Positions 1 through 11,252 of a DNA stretch of 64,000 bases are shown here, piece after piece. Below the pieces are notes generated by a model. That model did not search any database and was not told the origin of the DNA. It was given only the letters and a program-made list of their open reading frames with translations. Position numbers and translations under genes: made by a program. Source of the stretch: Wenzhouxiangellaceae bacterium (GTDB lineage Bacteria; Pseudomonadota; Gammaproteobacteria; Xanthomonadales; Wenzhouxiangellaceae); NCBI GenBank assembly GCA_018334995.1, contig JAGXKW010000003.1, positions 35,996 through 99,995 on the forward strand. Direction: 5' to 3'. How positions within the stretch are numbered: the stretch's first letter is position 1; each line of letters opens with the position of its first letter.

Positions 1-193
1 AGAGCCGCCATTCGAGCGCCGGGTAGTCGCGCAGCACCCGGTTGCACAAGCGCCGGACCAGCGCCCGGTCGCGGCTGTCGGGCAGCTGTCGGTCGAGATC
101 GGCAAGCGCGTCGCCCAGGTTGCGCCGCTGGTCCAGCACCGCCGCCAGCGCCCGCGCCGCCACCAGCCTGGCTTCAGCCCCGGCCGGCTTCAT
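1..193 (-). CDS. rsmB: 16S rRNA (cytosine967-C5)-methyltransferase RsmB, N-terminal fragment (gene runs off the window edge)
   Basis: Minus-strand ATG at 193 overlaps the fmt stop (ATGA). My translation MKPAGAEARLVAARALAAVLDQRRNLGDALADLDRQLPDSRDRALVRRLCNRVLRDYPALEWRL resembles the NusB-like N-domain of RsmB. Canonical def-fmt-rsmB order. Confidence 0.7.
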   Translation of the reverse strand, partial: MKPAGAEARLVAARALAAVLDQRRNLGDALADLDRQLPDSRDRALVRRLCNRVLRDYPALEWRL

Positions 194-1125
194 CCAGCCC
201 AGTCCGCGTTGGCGTTAAGCCATTGCGTCGCCGATACACGCTTGCGCCCCGGCGCCTGGAGTTCCAGGATTTCCAGCACGCCGCGGCCGCAGGCGACGCG
301 GATGGTGTCAGGATGCCCCGCGCCGGTGATCAGCATGCCCGGCGTGCAGTGCCGCGCCCCTGCAACATGGGCCCGCGCGCGGAAGATGCGCAACGGCGTA
401 CCCGCGACCTCGGCGTAGGCCACCGGCCAGGGATTGTAGGCGCGTACCCGGCGCTCGATCGCATCGGCGTCCAGCGTCCAGTCGACCGCGGCGTCGGATT
501 TCCGGATCAGCGGTGCGTGCGTGGCCCGGGCATCGTCCTGTGGCGTCGGATCGGGCAGGGTGCCGCGGGAGTGCCGACGCAGCGCCTCGATCAGCACATC
601 TGCGGCCATTTCGGCCAGCCGATCGTGCAGCTCGCCGGCGGTCTCGTCGGATCCGATCGCGGTTTCGGCCGTGGCCAGCATGTCGCCGGTGTCCAGGCCG
701 GTATCCATCTGCATCAGCGTGATCCCGGTGCGCGCATCGCCGGCCAGTATCGCCTGCTGAATGGGGCTGGCGCCGCGCCAGCGCGGCAGCAGCGATGCAT
801 GCAGATTCCAGCAGCCCAGCCGCGGCAGGCCGAGCACCCGCTTCGGCAGCAGCAGGCCGTAAGCGGCGGTCACCAGCAGGTCCGGCTCCAGTGCGGCCAG
901 GGCCTGGAACGTGCGTTCGTCCTTCAGGGTGTTCGGCTGCAGCACCTCGATGCCGGCATCGACCGCCAGCCGCTTGACCGGGCTGGCGGCCAGCTTTCGG
1001 CCGCGGCCGGACGGGCGGTCGGGCTGGGTCATGACGGCCACCGGCCGGTTGTGTTCGATCAGCGCGGCCAGCGACGGGCAGGCGAATTCCGGGGTGCCGG
1101 CAAAGACAAGGCGAAGCGGGTTCAA
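190..1125 (-). CDS. fmt: methionyl-tRNA formyltransferase
   Basis: 311-aa ORF with N-terminus MNPLRLVFAGTPEFACPSLAALIE and HASLLPRWRGASPIQ motif. TTG start 12 nt after the def stop. def-fmt synteny. Confidence 0.95.
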   Translation of the reverse strand: MNPLRLVFAGTPEFACPSLAALIEHNRPVAVMTQPDRPSGRGRKLAASPVKRLAVDAGIEVLQPNTLKDERTFQALAALEPDLLVTAAYGLLLPKRVLGLPRLGCWNLHASLLPRWRGASPIQQAILAGDARTGITLMQMDTGLDTGDMLATAETAIGSDETAGELHDRLAEMAADVLIEALRRHSRGTLPDPTPQDDARATHAPLIRKSDAAVDWTLDADAIERRVRAYNPWPVAYAEVAGTPLRIFRARAHVAGARHCTPGMLITGAGHPDTIRVACGRGVLEILELQAPGRKRVSATQWLNANADWAG

Positions 1126-1137
1126 GGGGGCCGATGA

Positions 1138-1662
1138 CTAGACGGTCTGGCGCGCCGGCTCGCGCTGCTGCAGCCGGGCCTTTTTCAACCGCTTCTCGAT
1201 CATCCGGCGCTTGAGCGGTGACAGGTAATCGACGAACACCTTGCCGTCGAGATGGTCGATTTCATGCTGGATGCATACCGCGAGCAGCCCGTCGGCGTCG
1301 AATTCGCGCTGCGTGCCGTCGCGGTCCAGCGCCCGTACGCGGATCTGTTCGGCGCGTTCGACTTCGGCATATTCGCCCGGCACCGAAAGACAGCCTTCCT
1401 CGCATACCTGCCGGCCCTCGCGGCCGACGATCTCCGGATTGATCAGGACCTGCGGCTGATCGCGTTCTTCGCTGATGTCGAGCACCAGCAGCCGTTCCCC
1501 GCGGTTGACCTGGGTGGCGGCCAGGCCGATGCCGCGCGAGGCGTACATGGTCTCGAGCATATCGTCGGCCAGCCGGCGCACGGAATCGTCCACCGCGTCG
1601 ACCGGACGGGCGACGCTGCGCAGCCTGGGATCGGGGAATTGGAGGATGGTCAGATGGGTCAT
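1138..1662 (-). CDS. def: peptide deformylase
   Basis: Start moved to ATG 1662 ([15 protein letters not shown]). Metal-site motifs EGCLSVPG and QHEIDHLDG. The extra 72 N-terminal codons of the track ORF look non-coding. Confidence 0.95.
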   Translation of the reverse strand: MTHLTILQFPDPRLRSVARPVDAVDDSVRRLADDMLETMYASRGIGLAATQVNRGERLLVLDISEERDQPQVLINPEIVGREGRQVCEEGCLSVPGEYAEVERAEQIRVRALDRDGTQREFDADGLLAVCIQHEIDHLDGKVFVDYLSPLKRRMIEKRLKKARLQQREPARQTV

Positions 1663-1847
1663 GGCATGAACTATGTGCACTAACTCTCGGATTTTAATTG
1701 TCCAATCATCTTGCCAAGGGTGGAAAAACCCTTCAATATGGGTATCATAGCGCAGGTAGTGGAACACGACAGTCGACGGCGAAGGCCATTGACCGTGATC
1801 GATCCCGAAATCGGGTTCAGCGTGCTGGCGGATCTGGGAGGAAGCCA

Positions 1848-3026
1848 ATGAAAAAGTTCTGGGTAATCGCGATCGCACTGCTGGTGGCTCTGCCGCTGGC
1901 GGCTCAGGAGGTCGAACTCCGGGACGATCATCCCGACGAGTACATCGTGCGTGAGGGAGACACGCTTTGGGATATCGCCGGCCGGTTTCTGACCAAGCCC
2001 TGGCAATGGCCGGCGATCTGGCAGGCCAATCCGCAGGTCGAGAATCCGCATCTGATCTATCCGGGAGACCGCCTGTCGCTGATTTACGTGGACGGCCAGC
2101 CCAGGCTGGTGCTCGACGGCACGCGCAGGATGTCGCCGGAGGTGCGCAGAACCGACGCGACCGGTCCGATCACGACGATTCCGTTCAGCGCGATCGAGCC
2201 GTTCCTGGTCAAGCCCCGCGTGATCGGCAGCGACGAGCTGGCCGAGCTGCCGTATGTGGTTGCCAACGAAGACACCCGCTATGTGTCGGCCGAGCCGTAC
2301 CGCGCGTTCGTGCGGGGGCTCGACGACCAGCAAGTCGGCGACCAGGTGGCGATCGCACGCCTGAGCTACCAGTTCGAGGAAGTCGATGCACAAGGCCGCA
2401 AGGCCGTGCGCCAGAACGTGATGCGCGGCAACCGGGGTGCGGTCCCGTCCGACGAGCGCCCGATCGCGATCGAGCGCAAGCTCAACTTCTTCGCCAGAAA
2501 GGGCGACGTGATCGGCTACCAGCTCTGGGAAGTGGCACGCGCCGAGGTGCTGGATTCGGGTGACCCGACGCAGCTCGAAGTGCTGGAAGCCGAGCTCGAA
2601 GTGCGGGCCGGAGACTACATCCTGCCCATCGACCCCTATCTTTACGACCTGACCTTCTATCCGCGCGAGCCGGAGTTCGAAATTCCCGCCGGCGCAAGCG
2701 TCATCGGCATCCGCGGCGGCGATCATTCCGTCGGGCACTACCAGATCGTCGCTCTTGATATCGGCGTCCGGGATGGCGTCGAACCCGGCCATACCTTTTC
2801 GGTGTTCCATCGCAACCGCGAGGTGCGCGACCAGTTCATCGATGGGCTCCGGGGACGTCCGGCACCGGCCGGCGTGAGCGGCGAAACCGTCCAGCTGCCG
2901 CCGCAATACATCGGTCAGGTGATGGTCTTTCGCAGCTTCGACCGGGTCAGCTACGCCCTCGTGATGACCGGCAAGCGGGGCGTCCAGACCGGCGACCTGA
3001 TCGATCATCCGGACCGGCGCCTCTAG
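1848..3026 (+). CDS. LysM peptidoglycan-binding domain protein, exported (TsaP-like by position)
   Basis: Start moved to ATG 1848 (GGGAGGA upstream), giving signal peptide [21 protein letters not shown]. LysM motif [17 protein letters not shown]...IYPGDRLSL. It sits between def and dprA, where TsaP-type LysM proteins lie in other gammaproteobacteria. Confidence 0.85.
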   Translation: MKKFWVIAIALLVALPLAAQEVELRDDHPDEYIVREGDTLWDIAGRFLTKPWQWPAIWQANPQVENPHLIYPGDRLSLIYVDGQPRLVLDGTRRMSPEVRRTDATGPITTIPFSAIEPFLVKPRVIGSDELAELPYVVANEDTRYVSAEPYRAFVRGLDDQQVGDQVAIARLSYQFEEVDAQGRKAVRQNVMRGNRGAVPSDERPIAIERKLNFFARKGDVIGYQLWEVARAEVLDSGDPTQLEVLEAELEVRAGDYILPIDPYLYDLTFYPREPEFEIPAGASVIGIRGGDHSVGHYQIVALDIGVRDGVEPGHTFSVFHRNREVRDQFIDGLRGRPAPAGVSGETVQLPPQYIGQVMVFRSFDRVSYALVMTGKRGVQTGDLIDHPDRRL

Positions 3027-3071
3027 CATCGGCTGCGGCGAATCGATGCGCCCGTTTCCGGCGCACGATTG

Positions 3072-4262
3072 ATGCGGCTGGATCCCGAGCAACTGGGCTG
3101 GCTGAAACTCGTGCTTGCACCGGACCTGGGTCCGGGGCGGCTGGATGCGCTGGGGCTCGAGGCCGAGCGACTGGGTTGCCTGCCCGACCGGAGCGATCGC
3201 GAACTCAAGCGTCTCGGCCTGGATGCAAAGGCGGTGCGCGCGCTCCGCGACACCGACCCGGAACGCCTGGAAGCCGCGCTGGCGTGGCTCGATCACCCGG
3301 CGCATCACCTCGTCACCCGCATCGACACCTATTATCCGCCCCTGTTGCGGCGCATTCCGGATGCGCCGCTGGCGCTTTTCGTCAATGGCGACCCCGGATG
3401 GTTGCTGCGTCCGCAGATCGCGATCGTGGGCAGCCGCAATGCGACCGCCGGCGGCCTGTCGATCGCGCGCGAATTCGCCGAAGGCCTGACTCGCGCCGGG
3501 CTGGTGATATCCAGCGGCCTGGCATTGGGCATCGACGGGGCTGCGCATGCCGCAGCGCTCGACGCCGACGGTGCAACGGTGGCCGTTGCGGGCACGGGGC
3601 TCGACCGCGTCTATCCGGCCCGCCATCGTGATCTGGCGCATCGAATCGTGGATAATGGCGCGGTGATCAGCAGCTTCGCACCCGGCATCGGCCCCAGGGC
3701 CGGCCACTTCCCGGCCCGCAATCGGATCATCAGCGGCATGAGCGCCGGCGTCGTGGTGATCGAGGCCGGCATCCAATCCGGTTCGCTGATCACGGCCCGG
3801 CTGGCCGGGGAGCAGGGGCGGGAGGTCTTCGCGGTGCCCGGTTCGATTCGCAACCCGATGGCGCGCGGTTGCCATCGCCTGATCCGCCAGGGTGCGCGCC
3901 TGGTCGAGTCCCCGGCCGAAATCGTCGAAGAGCTCCAGCCCCTGATCACCGAGCTGGCCGGCGAACTGCGTGGTCTGCTGGATCTGCCGGCGACGCCGGC
4001 GGCCGGAGAGCGCTCGCCGGATTGCGATGGTAGTGTTGATCCGCAGGGCATCGATCCCCAGAACAGGGATGATAAGGAAGTGGAGGCATTGCTCGCGGCG
4101 GTCGGCTACGATCCCACATCGGTCGACGAGATCGTCGCGCGCACGGACCTGACGACCCAGGCGATATCGGCGATGCTGCTCGAGCTCGAGCTGCAGGGCC
4201 GCGTGGCGGCGCTGGGCGGCGGGCGGTACAGTAGAACCGGCATTGACCAGGAAACGAATTGA
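3072..4262 (+). CDS. dprA: DNA-processing protein DprA (Smf)
   Basis: Core IAIVGSRNATAGGLSIAREFAEGLTRAGLVISSGLALGIDGAAHAAAL...GHFPARNRIISG is typical of DprA. ATG 3072 is preferred over TTG 3069. Confidence 0.9.
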   Translation: MRLDPEQLGWLKLVLAPDLGPGRLDALGLEAERLGCLPDRSDRELKRLGLDAKAVRALRDTDPERLEAALAWLDHPAHHLVTRIDTYYPPLLRRIPDAPLALFVNGDPGWLLRPQIAIVGSRNATAGGLSIAREFAEGLTRAGLVISSGLALGIDGAAHAAALDADGATVAVAGTGLDRVYPARHRDLAHRIVDNGAVISSFAPGIGPRAGHFPARNRIISGMSAGVVVIEAGIQSGSLITARLAGEQGREVFAVPGSIRNPMARGCHRLIRQGARLVESPAEIVEELQPLITELAGELRGLLDLPATPAAGERSPDCDGSVDPQGIDPQNRDDKEVEALLAAVGYDPTSVDEIVARTDLTTQAISAMLLELELQGRVAALGGGRYSRTGIDQETN

Positions 4263-4738
4263 TGAAAGAAAACGTGCTTGACCTGCTGATGTATTTGTTC
4301 GAGAACTACATCTACGAAGAGCCCGAGGCCGAGCCGGACCGCGACTCCTTGAGCGAAAGTCTCGAGCAGGCCGGCTTTTCGCAGGGCGAAATCGACCGGG
4401 CGTTCGCCTGGCTGGACGGCCTGGCCGAGCAGCGCCAGCTGCCCGACGTCAGCAGCCATTCGGAGAACCCGGTGCGGCTGTTCGACGCCGAGGAAATGCG
4501 GCGCATCGACGTCGAAGCGCGCGGCTTCCTCATGTACCTGGAAAATGCCGGGGTGCTGGATTCCCCGCGCCGCGAGCTGATCCTGGATCGCCTGCTGGCG
4601 CTGGACGCGTCCGAAATCGGGCTGGAAGATCTCAAGTGGGTCGTCCTCATGGTGCTGTTCAATCAGCCCGGACAGGAAGCCAATTACGCCTGGATGGAAG
4701 ATCTGATGTTTGACGAAGAGGGCGAATACCGCCATTGA
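4262..4738 (+). CDS. smg: Smg (DUF494) protein
   Basis: MKENVLDLLMYLFENYIYEE... acidic approx. 158-aa protein. ATG 4262 overlaps the dprA stop by 1 nt. smf-smg-topA order as in enterics. Confidence 0.85.
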   Translation: MKENVLDLLMYLFENYIYEEPEAEPDRDSLSESLEQAGFSQGEIDRAFAWLDGLAEQRQLPDVSSHSENPVRLFDAEEMRRIDVEARGFLMYLENAGVLDSPRRELILDRLLALDASEIGLEDLKWVVLMVLFNQPGQEANYAWMEDLMFDEEGEYRH

Positions 4739-4795
4739 GCGGGCCGGGGTATTCCGGCTCATGCGCTTCGGGATGGTTCGTGCGGCAAGGAGCTT

Positions 4796-7240
4796 ATGGC
4801 CAAAAATCTACTCGTCGTCGAATCGCCGGCCAAGGCAACGACGATCAACAAATATCTTGGTCCGGACTTCGAGGTGCTTGCCTCCTACGGGCACGTGCGC
4901 GACCTGGTGCCGCGCGAGGGCGCGGTCGATCCCGATGATGGCTTCGCCATGCATTACGACATCATCGAGCGCAACAAGAAGCACGTCGATCGCATCGTCA
5001 AGGCGGCCAGGTCGGCCGATGCCGTATACCTCGCGACCGACCTCGACCGCGAGGGCGAGGCCATTTCCTGGCATATCGCCGAAATCCTGAAAAAGCGCGG
5101 CGTCAACGCCGATACGCCGATTCATCGCGTGGTGTTCAGCGAAATCACGCCGCGCGCCATCGAGCATGCCATGGAGCATCCGAGGGGGCTGGCCGATTCG
5201 CTGGTCGACGCGCAGCAGGCGCGGCGCGCGCTGGACTACCTGGTAGGCTTCAATCTCTCGCCGCTTTTGTGGAAGAAGGTGCGTCGCGGACTCTCGGCCG
5301 GCCGCGTGCAGTCGCCGGCGCTGCGCATGATCGTCGAGCGCGAAGAAGAAATCGAGAAGTTCGATCCCCAGGAATACTGGACCATCGAGGCCGACCTCGG
5401 CCCGGACGCCGACAACGCCTTCCAGGCCAACCTGGTCAAGCTCGACGACGCCAAGTTCCAGCAGTTCGACATTACCGACGAGGCGCGCGCCCGTGAGGTG
5501 ACCGCGACCGTAGAGCAGGCCGCCACGGGTAGTCAGGGTGGCCAGGGCAGCTTCACCGTCGCGCGCATCAGCAAGAAGCAGCGGCGTCGGCGGCCGCAGC
5601 CGCCGTTCATTACCTCCACGCTGCAGCAGGAGGCCGCGCGCCGCCTGCGCTTCACCACCCAGCGAACCATGCGGATTGCCCAGCAACTCTACGAAGGCAT
5701 CGACATCGGCAGCGGGAACCAGGGCCTGATCACCTACATGCGTACCGATTCGGTCGCGCTGGCCCAGGACGCAATCGCCGATATCCGCCAGGTCATCGGC
5801 AGGGAATACGGCGAAAAGAGCCTGCCGGAATCGCCGAACTACTACAAGTCCAAGAGCCGCAACGCGCAGGAGGCCCACGAGGCGGTGCGTCCCACGGACG
5901 CGAAGCTGACTCCGATCCGGCTGAAGTCGCACTTGAGCGAGGAGCAGTACAGGCTCTACCAGCTGATCTGGAACCGCGCCGTGGCCAGCCAGATGACGCC
6001 GGCGGTCTACGACACCGTCGCGGCCGAGTTCGACGTCGCCAACGCGACCTTCCGGGCCAACGGCTCGACCCTGGTCGAACCGGGTTTCCTGGCCGTCTAC
6101 GCCGACAGCCAGAGCGAAAAGGACAACCGGCTGCCCGAACTCGAAGAGGGTGATGCGGTCGCGCTGCAGCAGATCCGGCCCGAGCAGCACTTCACCGAGC
6201 CGCCGCCGCGCTATTCCGAAGCCAGCCTGGTCAAGGCGCTGGAGGAATACGGCATCGGCCGGCCGTCGACCTATGCCTCCATCATCCAGACGCTCAAGGA
6301 CCGGGAATACGTGGAGCTGGAAAACCGCCGCTTCACGCCCACCGCCACCGGGCGGGTAGTGGCCAAGTTCCTGTCGCAGCATTTCGAGCGCTACGTCGAT
6401 TACGACTTCACCGCCCGGCTGGAAGACGAACTGGACGCGATTTCGCGCGGCGAGCATGATTGGGTACCGCTGCTCGAGGAGTTCTGGCAGCCGTTCATCG
6501 AGCGAGTGCATGAAAAGGACGAATCGGTCAGCCGCCAGGAAGCGCAGCAGGCGCGCGAGCTGGGCACCGATCCCAAGACCGGCAAACCGGTCATCGTGCG
6601 CCTGGGCCGCTACGGGCCGTTCGCCCAGATCGGCCAGGCCGAGGACGAGGAGAAGCCGCAGTTCGCCGGGCTGCGTACGGGTCAGAAGATGGAGACCATC
6701 ACGCTGGAAGAGGCGCTGGAGTTGTTCAAGCTGCCGCGCGACCTCGGCGAAACCGCGGAGGGCGAACCGGTGCAGGCCAACATCGGTCGCTTCGGTCCCT
6801 ACATCCGTTACGGCAAGCGGAATTTCGTCTCGCTCAAGGAGATCGATCCGCACGACGTCACGCTCGAGCAGGCGCTGGACCTGGTGGCCCAGCACAAGCA
6901 GATGCTCAAGGAACGTGTCATCAAGTCGTTCGACGCCGACGGCATCGAGATCCTGAAAGGTCGCTACGGTCCGTACGTCACCGACGGCGAACGCAACGCC
7001 AGCGTGCCCAGGGATGCCGAGCCCGCCGACCTGACCCTCGAGCAGTGCCGGAAAATGCTCGCCGAGGCCCCGCCCAAGGGCCGGCGCGGCAAGTTCGGCA
7101 AGAAGAAGGCAGGCAAAAAAACCGCCGGCAAGAAGGCAGCTCGGAAGAAAGCGACAAAGAAGAAGTCGTCGAAAAAGAAGGCTTCGAAGAAAAAGGCCGG
7201 CAAGAAGAAAACGGCGAAGAAGACCGCGGTGAAAGTTTGA
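4796..7240 (+). CDS. topA: DNA topoisomerase I (type IA) with Cys-free C-terminal repeats and a lysine-rich tail
   Basis: AAGGAG RBS. TOPRIM N-terminus LLVVESPAKATTINKYLG, DLDREGEAISWH, active-site region ITYMRTDS. C-terminal repeats RLGRYGPFAQIG / IGRFGPYIRYG / LKGRYGPYVTDG. The last approx. 50 aa are K-rich. Confidence 0.97.
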   Translation: MAKNLLVVESPAKATTINKYLGPDFEVLASYGHVRDLVPREGAVDPDDGFAMHYDIIERNKKHVDRIVKAARSADAVYLATDLDREGEAISWHIAEILKKRGVNADTPIHRVVFSEITPRAIEHAMEHPRGLADSLVDAQQARRALDYLVGFNLSPLLWKKVRRGLSAGRVQSPALRMIVEREEEIEKFDPQEYWTIEADLGPDADNAFQANLVKLDDAKFQQFDITDEARAREVTATVEQAATGSQGGQGSFTVARISKKQRRRRPQPPFITSTLQQEAARRLRFTTQRTMRIAQQLYEGIDIGSGNQGLITYMRTDSVALAQDAIADIRQVIGREYGEKSLPESPNYYKSKSRNAQEAHEAVRPTDAKLTPIRLKSHLSEEQYRLYQLIWNRAVASQMTPAVYDTVAAEFDVANATFRANGSTLVEPGFLAVYADSQSEKDNRLPELEEGDAVALQQIRPEQHFTEPPPRYSEASLVKALEEYGIGRPSTYASIIQTLKDREYVELENRRFTPTATGRVVAKFLSQHFERYVDYDFTARLEDELDAISRGEHDWVPLLEEFWQPFIERVHEKDESVSRQEAQQARELGTDPKTGKPVIVRLGRYGPFAQIGQAEDEEKPQFAGLRTGQKMETITLEEALELFKLPRDLGETAEGEPVQANIGRFGPYIRYGKRNFVSLKEIDPHDVTLEQALDLVAQHKQMLKERVIKSFDADGIEILKGRYGPYVTDGERNASVPRDAEPADLTLEQCRKMLAEAPPKGRRGKFGKKKAGKKTAGKKAARKKATKKKSSKKKASKKKAGKKKTAKKTAVKV

Positions 7241-8263
<1,023 letters not shown>

Positions 8264-8294
8264 TCCGCTCGCGCGGAATCGGGGAGGTCAACGG

Positions 8295-9266
8295 ATGATC
8301 GGCTACAGGCTTTCGAACGAACGACTCGTGACGGTGGAGCAGCCGATGGAGCAGCTCGACCACCTCGTCTGGATCGATCTGTACGATGCGCCGCTGGACG
8401 AAGTCAGGACGCTGGAGGATCTGCTGGGCGTCAACATCCCGACCCGCGACGAGATGGAGGAGATCGAGGTCTCCAGCCGGCTGTACGAGGAAAACGACGC
8501 CTGGTTCCTGACCGTCACGCTGCCGGCGCGCGCCGGCGAAGGCGAGGCCGAGATGGGCCCGGTGAGCTTCGTGCTTACCGACTGGCTGCTGATCACGGTG
8601 CGTTCCACCGAGCCGCGCGCGTTCAGGACCTTCCCGCAGCGGGCGGCCAGGGCCGATCTCGGTCTCGAAAGCGCATCCGCGGTCCTGCTGACGCTGCTCG
8701 AAGCCATCGTCGACCGGCTTGCCGATATCCTCGAGCACGCCAGCCGCGAGATCGACGCCATCTCGTCGGCCATCTTCGCCCAGGCCGAGCTCAAGCCTTC
8801 CGGCAAGAGTTCATTCCAGGACGTGCTCCAGCAGCTCGGCCGGCAGGGCGACCTGTTGTCGGACCTGCGCGAGAGCCTGATGACGCTCAGCCGCGCCGGC
8901 GGATACCTGGGGCTGGTCTGGCCGCGCATGGAACATACGTCGAAGGAATCGCGCGATCGCCTGCAGACGCTTTCACGCGACGTGCAGTCGATCAGCGAGC
9001 ATGCCAGTTTCATGACCCAGAAGGTCACTTTCCTGCTCGACGCGACGCTGGGCATGATCAACATCGAGCAGAATGCCACGATCAAGATCTTCTCGGTACT
9101 GGCGGTGATCTTCATGCCGCCGACCATGATCGCTTCGATCTACGGCATGAACTTCGAGCACATGCCGGAGCTGACCTGGCCGTTCGGTTATCCGGCCGCG
9201 CTGGCCGTCATGCTGGGCGCGGCGATTCTGCCGTACTGGTTCTTCAAGCGCAAGGGCTGGCTGTAG
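8295..9266 (+). CDS. corA: magnesium/cobalt transporter CorA
   Basis: Start moved to ATG 8295 (GGGGAGG upstream; MIGYRLSNERLV). YGMNFEHMPE (GMN motif) followed by two C-terminal TM helices. Confidence 0.93.
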   Translation: MIGYRLSNERLVTVEQPMEQLDHLVWIDLYDAPLDEVRTLEDLLGVNIPTRDEMEEIEVSSRLYEENDAWFLTVTLPARAGEGEAEMGPVSFVLTDWLLITVRSTEPRAFRTFPQRAARADLGLESASAVLLTLLEAIVDRLADILEHASREIDAISSAIFAQAELKPSGKSSFQDVLQQLGRQGDLLSDLRESLMTLSRAGGYLGLVWPRMEHTSKESRDRLQTLSRDVQSISEHASFMTQKVTFLLDATLGMINIEQNATIKIFSVLAVIFMPPTMIASIYGMNFEHMPELTWPFGYPAALAVMLGAAILPYWFFKRKGWL

Positions 9267-9275
9267 CGGCCGGAA

Positions 9276-10139
9276 TCAGGGCTCCAGCGCGCCTTCACCG
9301 GACTCGTCTTCTTCATCGGGTCCGGCCGGAAAGACCTGGACGAACGAGCGCCATTGGGCCGCCGCGACCAGCAGCTGAAGAAACAGCGACAAGGCGATGG
9401 AAAGCAGCTGGGCGATGAATGCGCCGGCTGTCCCCAGCGCCAGGGCGATGACGCCAGAGACCAGTGCGAAGGTGATGCCGGCCAGCAGGAATACGCCGAT
9501 CACGACCAGCCCGAAACCCAGAAACGCCAGCCAGTTGATCAGCAGTGCACGCAGGCTCCAGACAAGCGCGGTGAGCACCGGCCAGTTCCAGAAGAACACC
9601 AGCGGCACGGCGAAATACAGCCCGCCCAGCACTACGGCCAGCACGATCACGGCAAGCAGCAGTCCGCCGAATACGTTGACGCCTTCGAACAGGGCGAGAA
9701 ACTGCTCCGGCTCGTTGTTCAGCGCTTCGGGATCGTTCATGAATTCGGCGAGCGCCTGAAGATCCATCTGCGGCGCCAGCCAGGCGCTCAATGCGCCGAT
9801 CGCGGCAAAAACGCCGACGACGAAGAAAACGCCGAGCATCAGCAAGGGTCCGCGGCGCCCCGGATCGCGCAGGCCGGCCAGTACGGTCTCGGCACCCGGC
9901 GGGGCGCCTTGCTCCACGCTCCGGAAAACGTTGAGCATGCCGGCGGTCAGCGCCGGCGAGATCAGCATCAGGGCCAGCGTGCCGACCAGCGGCACGATCT
10001 GGATCAGCGAGATGAGCAGCAGCACCAGCACGACGCGCATCAGCGCGCTGCCGCCGCGTCCCAGCAGTTCGCCACCGCCGATCAGCCAGCCGGCGCCGTC
10101 GCCGAAGCTGGCCTTGTGAATGTGCGGAGAATGGGTCAT
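9276..10139 (-). CDS. multi-pass inner-membrane protein (resembles BPSS1780/DUF2189-type proteins)
   Basis: 287 aa with several long hydrophobic helices. N-terminal GWLIGGGELLGRGGSALMRVVLVLLLISLIQIVPLVG pattern. ATG overlaps the stop of the upstream LOG gene (ATGA). Family assignment is from memory only. Confidence 0.7.
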   Translation of the reverse strand: MTHSPHIHKASFGDGAGWLIGGGELLGRGGSALMRVVLVLLLISLIQIVPLVGTLALMLISPALTAGMLNVFRSVEQGAPPGAETVLAGLRDPGRRGPLLMLGVFFVVGVFAAIGALSAWLAPQMDLQALAEFMNDPEALNNEPEQFLALFEGVNVFGGLLLAVIVLAVVLGGLYFAVPLVFFWNWPVLTALVWSLRALLINWLAFLGFGLVVIGVFLLAGITFALVSGVIALALGTAGAFIAQLLSIALSLFLQLLVAAAQWRSFVQVFPAGPDEEDESGEGALEP

Positions 10140-10732
10140 CGTTTGGCCTCCACGCCGGCGAATTTCAGGGCATCTGCGCTCCAGGGTTCCACGGTTTCGA
10201 TCGCGTCGGGCACGTCTTCGGGCTGCGCCACGGTATGCCAGAGATCGAGATGGGCCTGGTTCATGAAATTCTCGCGTACGCTGTGGCGCAGAAACTCCAG
10301 CAGCAGATCGTAATAGCCGTTCGTATTGACCAGGATGATCGGCCCGAAATACTGTCCCAGACGCTTCAGCGTCATGGCCTCGAAGACTTCCTCGAAGGTG
10401 CCGCAGCCCCCGGGAAGCGTGACCACGGCCCGACTGTTTTCCAGCATCATGTGCTTGCGAACGCGCATGTCCGGGACGACCTCCAGGCTGGTCAGGTCTT
10501 GATGACCTTTCTCCATGTCCATGAGAAACTCCGGGATGACGCCATGCACCTGGCCGCCGGCGGCGGTCGCCGCATCGGCCAGTGCGCCCATGAGACCGCT
10601 ACTGCCGCCGCCGTAGGCGATCGGCATGCCGGCTACGGCAAGGGCGCGGCCCACGCGCGCGGCGACGTCGAAGTATTCCGGCGCCAGCGCCTGGCTGGAG
10701 GCGGCGTAGACTGTTACGCGCTCAACTGACAC
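10136..10732 (-). CDS. LOG family (TIGR00730) nucleotide 5'-monophosphate nucleosidase
   Basis: VTVYAASS..., GGGSSGLMGALADAA and PGGCGTFEEVFE motifs characteristic of LOG / lysine-decarboxylase-like proteins. GTG start. Confidence 0.9.
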   Translation of the reverse strand: MSVERVTVYAASSQALAPEYFDVAARVGRALAVAGMPIAYGGGSSGLMGALADAATAAGGQVHGVIPEFLMDMEKGHQDLTSLEVVPDMRVRKHMMLENSRAVVTLPGGCGTFEEVFEAMTLKRLGQYFGPIILVNTNGYYDLLLEFLRHSVRENFMNQAHLDLWHTVAQPEDVPDAIETVEPWSADALKFAGVEAKR

Positions 10733-10757
10733 AAACGGACAATCCTTTCGAGTAAAG

Positions 10758-11252
10758 ATGAAGACCAGCAGATCAAGACGCTATTGTAGACGCGCCGCCG
10801 CAACCGTCGCAGCCGGATTGGCGCTATTGGTGCTGGCCGGGTGCTCCGACGAACCGGATGTTCCGCTGCAGCCCGGCGAGGCCGAATACGTCCGGTACTG
10901 TTCGACCTGCCATGCCCGCGACGGCGCTGGCCGTCCGCCGGCCTTTCCGCCGTTGGCCGGCTCCGAATGGCTGGGCCTGGGGCCCGAGGCGGTCTCGCTG
11001 GTGGTGCTGCTGGGTCTGCGCGGCGAGATCGAGGTTGCCGGCAGGACGTATCGGGGCTACATGCCGAACATGCGCCAGGTCAATGACGAAGAACTGGCCG
11101 CGGTGCTCGGTTTCATTGCCGACCGGTGGGCGCAATGGGACGGCACGCCCGATGCCGGCCGACTTGCGGCGCTGCGCGCGCGGATCGCCGACGAAGAACT
11201 GCTCGAAGGAAAGGCGGACCTGGAACGCCTGCTCCAGCGGATCGAGCCATGA
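10758..11252 (+). CDS. c-type cytochrome, probable lipoprotein
   Basis: Lipobox LLVLAGCSD, one heme site CSTCH, distal Met region GYMPNM. 164 aa. Confidence 0.85.
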   Translation: MKTSRSRRYCRRAAATVAAGLALLVLAGCSDEPDVPLQPGEAEYVRYCSTCHARDGAGRPPAFPPLAGSEWLGLGPEAVSLVVLLGLRGEIEVAGRTYRGYMPNMRQVNDEELAAVLGFIADRWAQWDGTPDAGRLAALRARIADEELLEGKADLERLLQRIEP

